Source: a virus (lineage: Duplodnaviria; Caudoviricetes). From it: a stretch of DNA of 64,000 bases. The position numbers and the translations under genes were made by a program. Numbering within the stretch: the first letter of the stretch is position 1; each line of letters opens with the position of its first letter. The stretch lies in the IMG/VR virus record IMGVR_UViG_3300018494_000083. One strand, written 5' to 3'. Below the pieces are notes generated by a model that worked only from the letters and a program-made list of their open reading frames with translations, was not told the origin of the DNA and did not search any database. Positions 10,195 to 20,659 of the stretch are shown piece after piece.

Positions 10195-11048
10195 CAGACG
10201 ATACTCCTTTTGGTTATTTTCTTAGAGCCGAGAACATCAGCATACTGAAGACCAATAACTGACTCAATCGGCACGTTACAAGAAGTGCATTCATCAATAA
10301 TAAGCGTTACAGTGCCATTCTCCTGCAGTACCATGGCGAGTTTATCCAAGCCAAAGAAATCTGCTGCACGAGCTACGTTGTCACTCTTTTCACTGATATA
10401 CGATTTGATCTGTTCAATCGATTCGTTAATAGGTGCAAAAAGATCTACACTCTCGTTAAGATTGACGTAAGATGCACATTCAGAAAGAATCTCTGTTTGA
10501 TATGCCTCGATATGAGACGGACGGAAAACAGAGTCATACGTGATAATCTTGAGAGGAGCTTTAACTCGACGGGTTGCCAAGTCGACAGAACCTAAAGAAC
10601 GAAGAGAGAACGCTGCGGGAACGCCCTGCAGAATTCGATCACATAACATATCACCAGCACCACCGGCAAGAGTCTGCACATGACCGAGCAGAAGGTTACC
10701 TTCGGTACGATAGTTTAGAATTCTATGTGAAGCCGTTGTCGGATTAAAGACCACCTGTCTCTTAGGATCGGTATCCAGCGGATGACCATACTCTCCAATC
10801 CATTGTCCCTTCTTGATATCGTTCTGAATCATACCGTCGTTGTTAAGTGCATCAAGCACAAGATTTTTGCCATAAATACGACCGTTCCAGTTTTCAACTT
10901 CAAACGATTGCAAGCAAGTATCTATAGTAACAGTCTTGATCTTCTTACCAGAAGCAGACTCAACTGTCGATTCAGTAAGGACTTCAGTCCTGATATCTTC
11001 GGGAGGTGTCAGGCATTCACACATTATATACAATGTGTTATTATCCAT
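10194..11048 (-). CDS. prohead maturation protease (T4 gp21-like)
   Basis: NWNGRIY, GEYGHP (His), FSLRSLG (Ser), TYDSV..PSH. Confidence 0.85.
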   Translation of the reverse strand: MDNNTLYIMCECLTPPEDIRTEVLTESTVESASGKKIKTVTIDTCLQSFEVENWNGRIYGKNLVLDALNNDGMIQNDIKKGQWIGEYGHPLDTDPKRQVVFNPTTASHRILNYRTEGNLLLGHVQTLAGGAGDMLCDRILQGVPAAFSLRSLGSVDLATRRVKAPLKIITYDSVFRPSHIEAYQTEILSECASYVNLNESVDLFAPINESIEQIKSYISEKSDNVARAADFFGLDKLAMVLQENGTVTLIIDECTSCNVPIESVIGLQYADVLGSKKITKRSIV

Positions 11049-11101
11049 CGAAATTATTATCTCCTTCCCATAGTTTCATGTAGAAATAAGTTTTATTTCA
11101 T

Positions 11102-11113
11102 TATTTAAATGTT
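11102..11113 (-). promoter_or_regulatory. late-type promoter motif AACA-N6-TA for the protease gene
   Basis: Minus strand AACA-TTTAAA-TA; same motif recurs before other structural genes. Confidence 0.55.
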
Positions 11114-11164
11114 AGTCGTTACCCCGATAAAACCGTCGTTTCAAGGCTATTAAAGTACACTTGG

Positions 11165-11176
11165 AACATAAAATTA
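11165..11176 (+). promoter_or_regulatory. late-type promoter motif AACA-N6-TA
   Basis: AACA-TAAAAT-TA upstream of 11209. Confidence 0.6.
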
Positions 11177-11208
11177 ATGAATTTATTATATAAGAAAGGG
11201 GCATTTAC

Positions 11209-13989
11209 ATGATTCTTAGTAAAAAGTTTTTAGATAGCATAGATTCTACAAACTTGAACCCTGTGAATCCTAATGAACTCATGAAGGCGAAGTATGATCG
11301 CCTTAATAGTATTCAGGATGCTATCACTAATATTCAGTTTAATGATGCTGAGGTAATTGAATCCTTCGCTTCTAATATAAAGAATTGTGACAATACCGAC
11401 ATCAAATCAGTATGTCAGTTATTCGATCAGAAAGCTGACCCGTCTGATTGTCGTGATGTCTTCATGCTCTGTCAAATGATCGAGTGTATTCTCAATAATA
11501 TCACCGGTCTTGATAAAGAAGCATTTGAACCTCTGTATTCTGCATACAGAAGATTTGACAATAAGATCCTCTTCCTTAAAGAGAAGGATCCTACAAATAA
11601 ATACATTGATGCAACTAATGCGATCTCCAGAAGACTTGGTGAACGCATGTTGAGAATGCACAACTGGTTTGAGCAGGGTAGTGAACCTATGGGAGTTCCT
11701 CATATTACTGCAGTTGATGGTAAAGCTATTACCGAGGCTGCTTCTGTTCGACCTGGTGCAAGTGCAGGAGCTGATTCAGGTCCTGTAATTAACCATTTTA
11801 TTTCCTTCGAAACTTTCATGAGATTGCTTCAGACTTCTCAGTACAATAGAAGAGATATTGACTTCCTTATCAGTGGATTCAAGTTCCTTCCTTTGTACAT
11901 TGAAGCTATTCTCTCAAATGAGCTTCGTTCGGTTACCGATATCTATGATACCATTGTAAAGCTTCTCGCTGGATGTTGGGGAGCTGTTGAAAACAACTAC
12001 TATGGTCTTGAGTGTCTCTACAATGCAATCTCCGAATGTGAGGATGTAGTTGAGCACTGTGCTATCGGATCCTTTGACATCTATGAGACGAAGCAAAAAC
12101 TCGGAGGATTCTTTGAAACTGTCAAGGATAAGATTCTTGATTCCGAATATTACATCACTCATATGAACAGAACACCCGATGATGTAACAATCACTGAGGC
12201 TGTAGATGAGGATGATGACGATGAGTTTGATCCCGATGAAGACTATCGTGAAGATACTGAAGTGAATCCTCTTGTTGAGATGGGGCTCGGATATATCTAT
12301 GATATTCTTCCTCCCGATGAGGAGATGGATGAAGCCACTGCAGATAGAGTGCTCAATGCACTTGCAGAAGCAGCAACTCAGAATAATATGCTCGGTGTTC
12401 TGACAGAGGGTATCCTCAAGGATGAACTCGAGTTCCAGAAGCAAAAGAACAGAGATAGGTACGAGGATAGACGAAGCATCGCTAGAACTCGCCGTGAAAA
12501 CAGAGTAGCTCGTAAAGAGCGTATCAAAGACCGTAAGTCTGAAGATAAATACACTGATAAGCGTAGACCTATCGATGATAAATATGAGCGCGATAAGCGT
12601 AAGTCTGATGATCGCTATGCTGACAAGCGTAGAGAGATGGATGATGATTATGCTGAGGATCGCAGAAGAAGAGACGATAAATATGCAGATAAGAAGCGTG
12701 CATCTGATGACCGTTATGAGGATGAACGCAGAGAAAGATCTGACGAGTACGAACGTGACAAGCAGACCAGAGAGCGTCGTGAAGATGATCGTTACTCTGA
12801 TAAGAGACGTGCCGCAGATGACAAGTATGCAGATCGTCGTCGTGATGAAGAAGAAGAAAACCGTCGTAAGAACGATAAGTATGAAGATGATCGTCGCAGA
12901 GATACTGACCGTTATGAACGAGACAAACAAACTCGTGAAAGACGTGAGGATGATAAGTATGAACGCGATAAGCAGGTAAGAGAGCGTCGTGAAGACGACA
13001 AATACGCTGATAAGAAGCGTGCATCTGACGACAAGTATGCCGACAAGCATCAGAAGAAGCAGGATAAGTACGAGGATGATCGTCGTAGACAAAATGATGA
13101 TTATGAACGTGACAACCGCCGCGAGGAAGACCGGTATCAGGAAAAGAAGCGTGCGTCTGACGATAAGTATGAGGCAGTAAAGAGAGCTCGTGACGATGAT
13201 TACGAAGATGCTCGTACTGCTAAGAGAGATCGTTATTCTGATGAACGTGAAAGAACCAATCGTCGTATTAACGATGATTATGAACATGAAAAGAATATGC
13301 GTCATAAGCGTGAGGAAGACGAGTACGAAGATGAGCGTCGTCGTAAGAACGATGCTTATGAGGACGAACGTCGCCGCAGAAATGATGCATATGAAGACTC
13401 TCGTAGAGGAGCATCTGAAAGATACGATTCTAAACAGAGAGTCAAAGAAGATAAGCAGAGAGCGAAGGATGATCGTAAAGCCGAGAAACTTCGTTTGAAG
13501 CAAGAACGTAGAGAAGAGAAAGAAAGATGGAAGAGAGAAGATAGAGAGGAAAAGAGACAACAGAAGAAGATGAATAAGGATGCTCGTAAGATGGTCCTTG
13601 TTGAGAAGCTTCGTTCTCTCCCTCTTACCAGTAATGCAGCCAACAAGGCATATGAAGCATTGAGAAGAGCAGTAGGTGCAGCAGTAGCTGGCGGTATTGG
13701 CTCTCTTGCTGGATTGAATCCGATTGTTGGTGCAGTATGTTACCTCATTCCTAAATATCTTAAGTCTTCTACTAAAATGGATCCCTATGCTGCAGGTAAG
13801 GCTAGATCGAAAGCTATTGCTGAGATCAACGCTCAGATGAACCGTCTCGAGACTAAGATGGATGAAGCTGATCGTAAGGGTAACTATAAGGCTAAGGCTG
13901 AGTTGTCCGCACTTCACCAGAGACTCGAACATACAAGAGCTAGAATTGCTGCAGATGCAGGATCTAAGGGAGGAGCTGTAATTTTATGA
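11209..13989 (+). CDS. putative virion head protein with long charged 11-residue repeat region
   Basis: Located between protease and capsid genes; multiple (I/L)xE-A motifs; repeats such as SDDKYADKRRA. Confidence 0.7.
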   Translation: MILSKKFLDSIDSTNLNPVNPNELMKAKYDRLNSIQDAITNIQFNDAEVIESFASNIKNCDNTDIKSVCQLFDQKADPSDCRDVFMLCQMIECILNNITGLDKEAFEPLYSAYRRFDNKILFLKEKDPTNKYIDATNAISRRLGERMLRMHNWFEQGSEPMGVPHITAVDGKAITEAASVRPGASAGADSGPVINHFISFETFMRLLQTSQYNRRDIDFLISGFKFLPLYIEAILSNELRSVTDIYDTIVKLLAGCWGAVENNYYGLECLYNAISECEDVVEHCAIGSFDIYETKQKLGGFFETVKDKILDSEYYITHMNRTPDDVTITEAVDEDDDDEFDPDEDYREDTEVNPLVEMGLGYIYDILPPDEEMDEATADRVLNALAEAATQNNMLGVLTEGILKDELEFQKQKNRDRYEDRRSIARTRRENRVARKERIKDRKSEDKYTDKRRPIDDKYERDKRKSDDRYADKRREMDDDYAEDRRRRDDKYADKKRASDDRYEDERRERSDEYERDKQTRERREDDRYSDKRRAADDKYADRRRDEEEENRRKNDKYEDDRRRDTDRYERDKQTRERREDDKYERDKQVRERREDDKYADKKRASDDKYADKHQKKQDKYEDDRRRQNDDYERDNRREEDRYQEKKRASDDKYEAVKRARDDDYEDARTAKRDRYSDERERTNRRINDDYEHEKNMRHKREEDEYEDERRRKNDAYEDERRRRNDAYEDSRRGASERYDSKQRVKEDKQRAKDDRKAEKLRLKQERREEKERWKREDREEKRQQKKMNKDARKMVLVEKLRSLPLTSNAANKAYEALRRAVGAAVAGGIGSLAGLNPIVGAVCYLIPKYLKSSTKMDPYAAGKARSKAIAEINAQMNRLETKMDEADRKGNYKAKAELSALHQRLEHTRARIAADAGSKGGAVIL
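12530..13450 (+). repeat. intragenic ~33-bp (11-aa) degenerate tandem repeat xDD(K/R)Y(A/E)D(K/E)RR
   Basis: SEDKYTDKRRP/IDDKYERDKRK/SDDRYADKRRE/MDDDYAEDRRR/RDDKYADKKRA etc. Confidence 0.8.
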
Positions 13990-14729
13990 GTTTACTTTCA
14001 TCTACCCTTATTACTCGTAAGAAAGTCTCAGTCCTTAATGAAGCAGAAGATAGCAAATATGGTTTGTCAGATGCAATCATTGCTGGTATCAGCGATAGTC
14101 CTACTGATGAGCCCGAGAACGTTGAAGAGGAGACTCCCGCTGCGGAGTCTCCTGTAGACGATATGAGTGCTGATGCTCCTGCTGAAGGAACTGAAGATTC
14201 TGATAATGCCGATCCTACTGCTACTGGTGATGAACCTCCTATGGAGGACGATCCTACCAGTCCTGCAGATGAAACGGAAGGTATGGAAGATAATACCGAT
14301 GAGTTTACCGATGAAGAAATGGCTGGAGACGGCTCTATGACTGAAGATGAAATGCTGGCAGATACCCAGAAGACGCCTGGTCTTAGAATCCTCACTTCCA
14401 TATCCGATAATCAGTATAAACTCTGCAATGCTACATTGCATCAGAAGTTTACCAAATTAGCTTCTGAAATTACGGATATTATTAACAATACAATAATGGT
14501 TATCCGTCCTAATAACGATCGTGAAGCACAAGTAGTTGGGATAGTTCACGATAATCTGTCTAAAATGGTTACCGATATTCACAATTATTCACTTTATACT
14601 TTTAGCGATACTTATGAATCAAACGTTGTAGCCTACATTTCTTTCTTGAAAAGATACAAAATTGCTATGCAGATTATTGACGAACTTATCAAAGCTCGCA
14701 ACACAGAAGATCCTAAAGAGGATAAATAA
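13986..14729 (+). CDS. putative head scaffold/internal protein, acidic N-terminal half
   Basis: Immediately upstream of the capsid gene; VLNEA motif; D/E/P-rich disordered region. Confidence 0.6.
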   Translation: MSLLSSTLITRKKVSVLNEAEDSKYGLSDAIIAGISDSPTDEPENVEEETPAAESPVDDMSADAPAEGTEDSDNADPTATGDEPPMEDDPTSPADETEGMEDNTDEFTDEEMAGDGSMTEDEMLADTQKTPGLRILTSISDNQYKLCNATLHQKFTKLASEITDIINNTIMVIRPNNDREAQVVGIVHDNLSKMVTDIHNYSLYTFSDTYESNVVAYISFLKRYKIAMQIIDELIKARNTEDPKEDK

Positions 14730-14796
14730 CCACAAAATTTGTAAATTATTATCAATTATTTCCCTAATATTAAAGTGAATTAATTGTGTAATTTTT

Positions 14797-14808
14797 AACA
14801 TAATATTA
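14797..14808 (+). promoter_or_regulatory. late-type promoter motif AACA-N6-TA for the capsid gene
   Basis: AACA-TAATAT-TA. Confidence 0.55.
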
Positions 14809-14896
14809 AATATTAAGAAAAATTGCTGTTTTTTAATTACCATTTTCAATAACTCAAAATAAACAATATCATATCCTATATAGGAGGAATAAATAT

Positions 14897-16612
14897 ATGT
14901 CTATGAGAATTTACACTGAAGACAGTTTGGGTCTTTCCTCTTGTAACGAGTCTGCCATCCGTGGTAATTTTACCAAGATGCAGACTGCCATGAAAAAGGT
15001 AGGTTTGGACCCCTTCAAGAATGTAAGCGAGATTACTCGTACCCCTGAGTATATGAAGCTTATCACCGAGTCCGTAAAGCTCAGCGCAGACGCTACTGCT
15101 AACAAGTACGTTGCTGAGGATATGGCTCGTCTTAATACCCTTTACGAGAACGTCGGCGCACAGATGCTCAACGAGGCTGTTTCTTCTGTTGCTGACCTTT
15201 CCCCTATCATGATGAACTCCTTCGGTATCCAGGAGAGAGCACTTATCTCTGCTCACCTTCCTCGTGCCGTTAAGCAGGTAACTGCTAAGGTTGACAACTT
15301 CAAGCTCACCGAGCGTATTCCTTACATCGTTGACCTTGCTGGCAACAAGTCTAAGTTCATCGACGCATTCGTTCCCGGCGCAGACGGCGCTGCTGCTAAC
15401 CTTACTCTCCGTGAGGTTGTAGTAATGGGCTTCAATATCAATGACACTGACATCAACCTCTATGAGGGCTCCGGTGCAGATGTTCAGGCTACTGCTGCTA
15501 ACTATCGTCCTGCAGTTTCTACTGCAAACGCTTTCGGTATCGACAGTGCTCTTGACAGCGTTGTTATTACCGGCGATCCCACTGATGTCGCTTTCGAGAT
15601 CGGCTCTCTCCGTAGCCCTGATGCAGAGAACGGTACTTTCCGTGCAACTGTTACTTGGACTAAGGAAGGCGTTGCTCAGCGCGGCATGATCATGGGTCAG
15701 TTCGACCTCTCCAACGGCAAGCTCGTAACTGTTACTGCAAGCCATGCAGATATTACTGCAGTTAAGTTCAAGATGGTTCTCTCTCCTGAGACTCACAACA
15801 ACGCACTCTCCGTTGGTTACGATACGAAGCATACTCCTGTAAACATCCCTGTTGGTGACCACTTCGAGTATGGCTTGTCTGAGGAATTCAAGGATGCTTC
15901 CGACAAGTACTACAACGTTGACGCTATGGCTCTCCTCACTGACTACATGGGCAGAGCAGTTGAGCAGGTTAAGGATATCGTTACTCTTGGTAAGTACCAG
16001 GAGCTCGCTGACGGTGCTGTTCTTACCACTACTTTCAACTGCACTCCTACTTCCAGCTTCGCACAGGGCAAGGAAGAGTTCATCCGCAGAGAGTTCGGTC
16101 CCTTCATCGAGAAGGTTTGCATTATCCTTAAGAACAAGGTTCGTATCCCCAACTGCCACTTCCGCGTAGTTGGTAACCCTCTTGACATCCGTATCGCAGC
16201 TTCTGCTGGTACTGAGTACATCTACAAGAGAAACGAGCAGTTCGCAGGCGAGATCGGCATCGACTATGAGTTCTCCGTAACTTCCGATGTTCACAAGATC
16301 TTCTACCTCAGCTCTGAGCGTGTTCCTGTAGGTCGCCTCTTCGTATTCCTCATTCCTAACAGCATCGAGAATAACATCTCTACTGTTAACCACTATGAGT
16401 ACGCTACTTATGTATCCAATAAGTACCGCAACACGAAGAACAACCTTCCCACTGTAATGATCTCCACTCGTTACCTCACCAAGGAGTACTACCCTGTTGT
16501 GGCGACGATTAATGTAGTCAACAATCTTGTCGACGACGACTCCGTAACCACTGCTACCGGCACTGGCATGGAGAGCGCAGTATATGCCAAGATTTCCTAT
16601 GTGAATGCATGA
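14897..16612 (+). CDS. major capsid protein precursor
   Basis: 571 aa, strongly biased high-expression codons, AGGAGG RBS, own terminator, head-cluster position, N-terminal propeptide with xxE-A/S motifs. Confidence 0.75.
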   Translation: MSMRIYTEDSLGLSSCNESAIRGNFTKMQTAMKKVGLDPFKNVSEITRTPEYMKLITESVKLSADATANKYVAEDMARLNTLYENVGAQMLNEAVSSVADLSPIMMNSFGIQERALISAHLPRAVKQVTAKVDNFKLTERIPYIVDLAGNKSKFIDAFVPGADGAAANLTLREVVVMGFNINDTDINLYEGSGADVQATAANYRPAVSTANAFGIDSALDSVVITGDPTDVAFEIGSLRSPDAENGTFRATVTWTKEGVAQRGMIMGQFDLSNGKLVTVTASHADITAVKFKMVLSPETHNNALSVGYDTKHTPVNIPVGDHFEYGLSEEFKDASDKYYNVDAMALLTDYMGRAVEQVKDIVTLGKYQELADGAVLTTTFNCTPTSSFAQGKEEFIRREFGPFIEKVCIILKNKVRIPNCHFRVVGNPLDIRIAASAGTEYIYKRNEQFAGEIGIDYEFSVTSDVHKIFYLSSERVPVGRLFVFLIPNSIENNISTVNHYEYATYVSNKYRNTKNNLPTVMISTRYLTKEYYPVVATINVVNNLVDDDSVTTATGTGMESAVYAKISYVNA

Positions 16613-16666
16613 GGTAATTCAGTAAGGGAAGTAATCTCCGGATAATTTCTACTTAATGTAGGTTTA

Positions 16667-16704
16667 AATACCCCATACCCAATTGCGGGTATGGGGTTAT
16701 TTTT
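16667..16704 (+). terminator. intrinsic terminator after capsid gene
   Basis: accccataccc/gggtatggggt stem followed by T tract. Confidence 0.8.
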
Positions 16705-16781
16705 CGTATCTATTATTAGGGCATCTAGTTTTACTTGTGGAACATCCTAATAATAACAATTTGATCACAAGGAGGCTTTAT

Positions 16782-17993
16782 ATGAAGACCTTTATTTCTA
16801 ATATAACTGACGTCTTCGCAGAGCTCATTAAGAATCCTGATGCAGCTGGTGATTGTGCTGTTCGTCTTCAGGACCTTCTTAACGCAGCATTCGGAGATGA
16901 GCAGAAAACGATGACTCCCGTTGAATGTAAGAATGTATATATCTCTCGTAACAACAGCAACGATCCTTTCTATGCTATCGTTATTCCCGAGATGCCTGTA
17001 ACCGGCGATTCTATTCTTACTATCGATTACATTTATAGATATGATGTAGACATCGATCTTGACAATGTGATCAGTAAATATAATAACTGTGGATTTACTG
17101 CAGAAGAGCTTGCAGCTTGGCTGGTTCATGAGCTCTATGCAAATATCTTTACAGATATCACTTTCACGAGATATAAGAAGCTCCTTATTCACTACTATGA
17201 TGTACGTAATAAGGCTATCACAACTAGCCATAATAACCTCGGTTACATGAGCTGGTTCGGTGTATTCGGTAACACCAAGAAGGATATCATTACTGATAGC
17301 ACTTCTGATGCAGTTTCTGACAATCTTCGTCTCTATGGTCTTGCAGACAATTGGAACTCTGCTCTCAAGAAGTTCATCTTCGCTACCGGTGGAGACTGGT
17401 CCATTATCACTAATGGATACATCGAGCAGGCTGATAAGGCTTGTCTTGAGCAGTTCAATAAGCTTGCAAGAAAATATACTGCGTACTGTGTAAAGTATGC
17501 TAACCCTGACTGGAAGACGCTTGTTAAGTATCTGACTACCAAGGTTGGATCTGAGTGTCTTAAGAACTATGTATCGAAAGAGCCTGAGCATATCGCTGTT
17601 ATTCCTGAGAAGGACGTCAACGATATCTTTGATTCTCGTAGACTTCTCCGTGAGTCTTATCAGGCTGAGTCGCTCAATATCGATCTCGATGAATCTGTTC
17701 CCCAGACTCATGAAAATCCCCTCAAGATCGTTAAGGACTACTCCAAGATGACCAATGCAGACATCTTTGCAGAGATCTCCGAGCTTGAGCTTGATACTCA
17801 GAATGTATATACGCTTTCTGAGAAACTTCTCGTTGCTGCTAAACTGAAGGACTTCCTCAGAACCCTCCAGGATAGAATCGGCGACGATCCCACAAACGAA
17901 AATCTCCTGTCCCTCAAGGAAAAGGCTTACCAGCTTTCTAATAGATTGGTAGCAACCGATGTGAGTGAAGTATCTGAACTCGAAGTCGGCTAA
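16782..17993 (+). CDS. putative virion structural protein
   Basis: ATG at 16782 after AAGGAGG; AACA-TCCTAA-TA at 16741-16752. Confidence 0.7.
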   Translation: MKTFISNITDVFAELIKNPDAAGDCAVRLQDLLNAAFGDEQKTMTPVECKNVYISRNNSNDPFYAIVIPEMPVTGDSILTIDYIYRYDVDIDLDNVISKYNNCGFTAEELAAWLVHELYANIFTDITFTRYKKLLIHYYDVRNKAITTSHNNLGYMSWFGVFGNTKKDIITDSTSDAVSDNLRLYGLADNWNSALKKFIFATGGDWSIITNGYIEQADKACLEQFNKLARKYTAYCVKYANPDWKTLVKYLTTKVGSECLKNYVSKEPEHIAVIPEKDVNDIFDSRRLLRESYQAESLNIDLDESVPQTHENPLKIVKDYSKMTNADIFAEISELELDTQNVYTLSEKLLVAAKLKDFLRTLQDRIGDDPTNENLLSLKEKAYQLSNRLVATDVSEVSELEVG

Positions 17994-18024
17994 TTTATCA
18001 TTCTCGTAGAAAGGAGGTTTTCAT

Positions 18025-19266
18025 ATGCTCAAAAGACCTACTTATGAGGAATACGATGAGTATATAATTGACTATGAAACTACGAATGTAAGTTTTATTG
18101 CAATGGCATCTATTCTTCGAAGAAAAGGTGTTAAGAACTATAACTTCTTCCTGAAACTGTACGATGAAGACCTCCAAGGAGTGGATCCTAAAGATCCCAA
18201 TTTGTCTATGGCTATGAAGATGAAAGTCATCATGGAGTGTAGACGAAACTTCTGGTACTTTATCAGAGAAGTTATGTATATCCCTGGTGGACAGAGATTT
18301 ACTCTCCATCGTGGCAACTTAGCAGCACTTTGGTGTTGTCTAAACAATATTCCGACCTACTTGGTTCTCCCTCGTCAGCATGGTAAAACCTGGGCAGTGA
18401 TTGCATACGCTCTTTGGGTATTTAACTTTGCTTCTGAGTATACGAACTTCCTCTTTATGAACAAGCAGTTGGGAGACTCTCAGTTGAACCTTAAGCGTCT
18501 TAAAGATGCTAGAGCTGAGCTTCCCGATTACCTCAGAAATGATAAAGTTCAAACCTCTAAGGGTGAATTTAAAGATGGTCCTTCAAACGTTAATAAACTC
18601 TCTAACGCACTTCATAACGAAATTACCGTTAAAGCATCTGCTCGTAACCCGATCTCTGCCGATGAGCTAGGTCGTGGTATGACCGTGTCTTGGGTATGGA
18701 TCGACGAGATGGCATTCTTGCAGTTCAACAGAATCATCTACATGGCGATGTCCCCTGCATGGTCGAAAGCAGCAGAAGTTGCAGTTGCTAAGGGTAGACC
18801 TATTGGTAAGATTCTTACTACTACTCCTTCCGACTTGTCAACTGACATGGGTAAATTTGCATATGAAATTCGTGGAGATGCAGCAAGATTCTCTGAAGAT
18901 CTTTACAATATGGATTCTGATGAAATTGCTACCTGGATGGATAAGAACTCTAAGAATGGATATATTTATATCGAATATAACTATATGCAACTTGGACACA
19001 AAGATCCTGGTAAGTGGTTCAAGGAACAGTGTAAAGACATGCTCTTTGACTGGTCTAAGATCCGTCGTGAGATACTTCTTCAGTGGAACAATGCTTCTTC
19101 GAACTCTCCGTTCGACCCCGAAGATTTGCGACAGCTCAGAGCTATGTGCATAAACGAATCTGAAAATGACTCGATTACTATCAACAAGTACTACAAGCTT
19201 AATGTATATCGTCCGCTCCACTCTACTGATAAATACATCATAAGTGTGGATCCGGCGAAAGGACGT
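18025..19266 (+). CDS. terL: terminase large subunit, exon 1 (join 18025..19266,19608..20561)
   Basis: Walker A PRQHGKT, Walker B WIDEMAF, LTTTP, nuclease motif ISVDPAKGR interrupted by an intron. Confidence 0.9.
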
Positions 19267-19607
19267 TATTTCACTGGCGTCGTTGTACAGCAATGTGCAA
19301 CTAGAACCTATTTAAATTGCGACTATTTGCTAAAGCCCTTATGCTCGAAAGAGAACGAAAGTAGAAATAAGTTAAGGGATGACAAGTGGGAGAAATCCCT
19401 CTATTGCCGGTGCAATGCAAGATTCGCAGCTTAGTGAAATACACTAAGTTCAACGACTATCTCCATGTCGGAGAGTAGAGCACGTAAGTTAATGACGGCT
19501 CGAAAGAATAGGCTCCTCGAAAGAGGATGAAAATATAGTCTCAACTTCCAGAGAAAGACTGGAGCAGCAAAAGCGGGTTAGCGTTACGAACTAACCGAAG
19601 ATAATTG
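19267..19607 (+). mobile_element. group I intron (341 nt, no ORF) in terL
   Basis: P1 gacgU/Gcgtc with U.G at 5' site; core gttcaacgactat and aatatagtctc; terminal G; splicing gives in-frame VDPAKGR-GDKADRTVIEV. Confidence 0.9.
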
Positions 19608-20561
19608 GGTGATAAAGCCGACCGTACTGTAATTGAGGTTATCGATGCTCGTACTGATGAGCTTTGTGCAATATTCAAATCTTCTACAATCCAATATAAA
19701 GAAACCTTCCGATTTATCTATACTCTCTTTAACAAATACATTCCGAACTCGGTAATCGTAGTGGAGAATAACATCGATACGATCATTGAATACATCAAGA
19801 ACTCGACGATGAAACATGCTCTCTATTATGAGCCGACTAAGACAGTTGTTAAGGAAAAGAAGAAGAATGGTTTCTCCAAACCTCAGTCTCGTGATAATAT
19901 TGTCTATGGTGTCAACACCAATGCAGAGAACAGACCTAAATACTTTGACATTCTGTTCGGCATGATCAGAAATGAAAGAGAGAAGATCTGCTGCAGAGAG
20001 ATGATTGAAGAGATTGAGACACTTGAGTACAAGACACCTACTCGTATTGAAGCTACTAGCGGAACCCACGATGACGTTGTACTTGCATATCTGATTGCGA
20101 TGTATGTCAAGAGAATGGGTAACAACCGTGCTAGATTTGGTCTCTATTATACCGATGGTGAAGAGACAAGAACTAACACTGTAGCTGATTCTATATTCGC
20201 TTCTAAGATCACTGACTACAATAAACGTAGAAGTGTTGACGACGATGATGAGATGGATATGTATAATAATCCTTTCTGGGCTGACATTTTGACGGCTAGA
20301 GAAATGATGGATTATGATGACGAGAAACTTGCTGAGCGTCATGCTAAGAAGCGTGATATCAAAACGAAAGATGATCTACTTGAGTATCAAACAAACGTAT
20401 TCACTGGTCAGAAAGATGTGGCTGGTATTAAGAATATTTCTACCAATGCTTTCTTTGAACTGAACGATCGTGGTGGATCTCATGACTATAATGGTTTCGA
20501 TGATTTCGGAACTCATGCAGCAACGATCTACGACGATGACGGTGAAGGTGGTTGGTTCTAA
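19608..20561 (+). CDS. terL: terminase large subunit, exon 2 (nuclease domain)
   Basis: GDKAD, VVENN, HDDVVLAY nuclease motifs. Confidence 0.88.
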   Translation, partial: GDKADRTVIEVIDARTDELCAIFKSSTIQYKETFRFIYTLFNKYIPNSVIVVENNIDTIIEYIKNSTMKHALYYEPTKTVVKEKKKNGFSKPQSRDNIVYGVNTNAENRPKYFDILFGMIRNEREKICCREMIEEIETLEYKTPTRIEATSGTHDDVVLAYLIAMYVKRMGNNRARFGLYYTDGEETRTNTVADSIFASKITDYNKRRSVDDDDEMDMYNNPFWADILTAREMMDYDDEKLAERHAKKRDIKTKDDLLEYQTNVFTGQKDVAGIKNISTNAFFELNDRGGSHDYNGFDDFGTHAATIYDDDGEGGWF

Positions 20562-20572
20562 ATAAAATATAT

Positions 20573-20606
20573 GGGATAAGGCTAATAATAAGCCTTATCC
20601 CGTTTT
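20573..20606 (+). terminator. intrinsic terminator
   Basis: gggataaggct/agccttatccc followed by T tract. Confidence 0.75.
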
Positions 20607-20659
20607 ATTATATTCTTAAAAATATTATAAATATAAACCCGAAAAGGAGAATTCAATAA

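Noticed and set aside
11914-13932. 672-aa antisense ORF, and similar long antisense ORFs at 308, 14876, 24353, 27813, 43931, 58133, 59328
   Set aside because: Shadows of codon-biased or repetitive sense genes; no RBS and implausible composition
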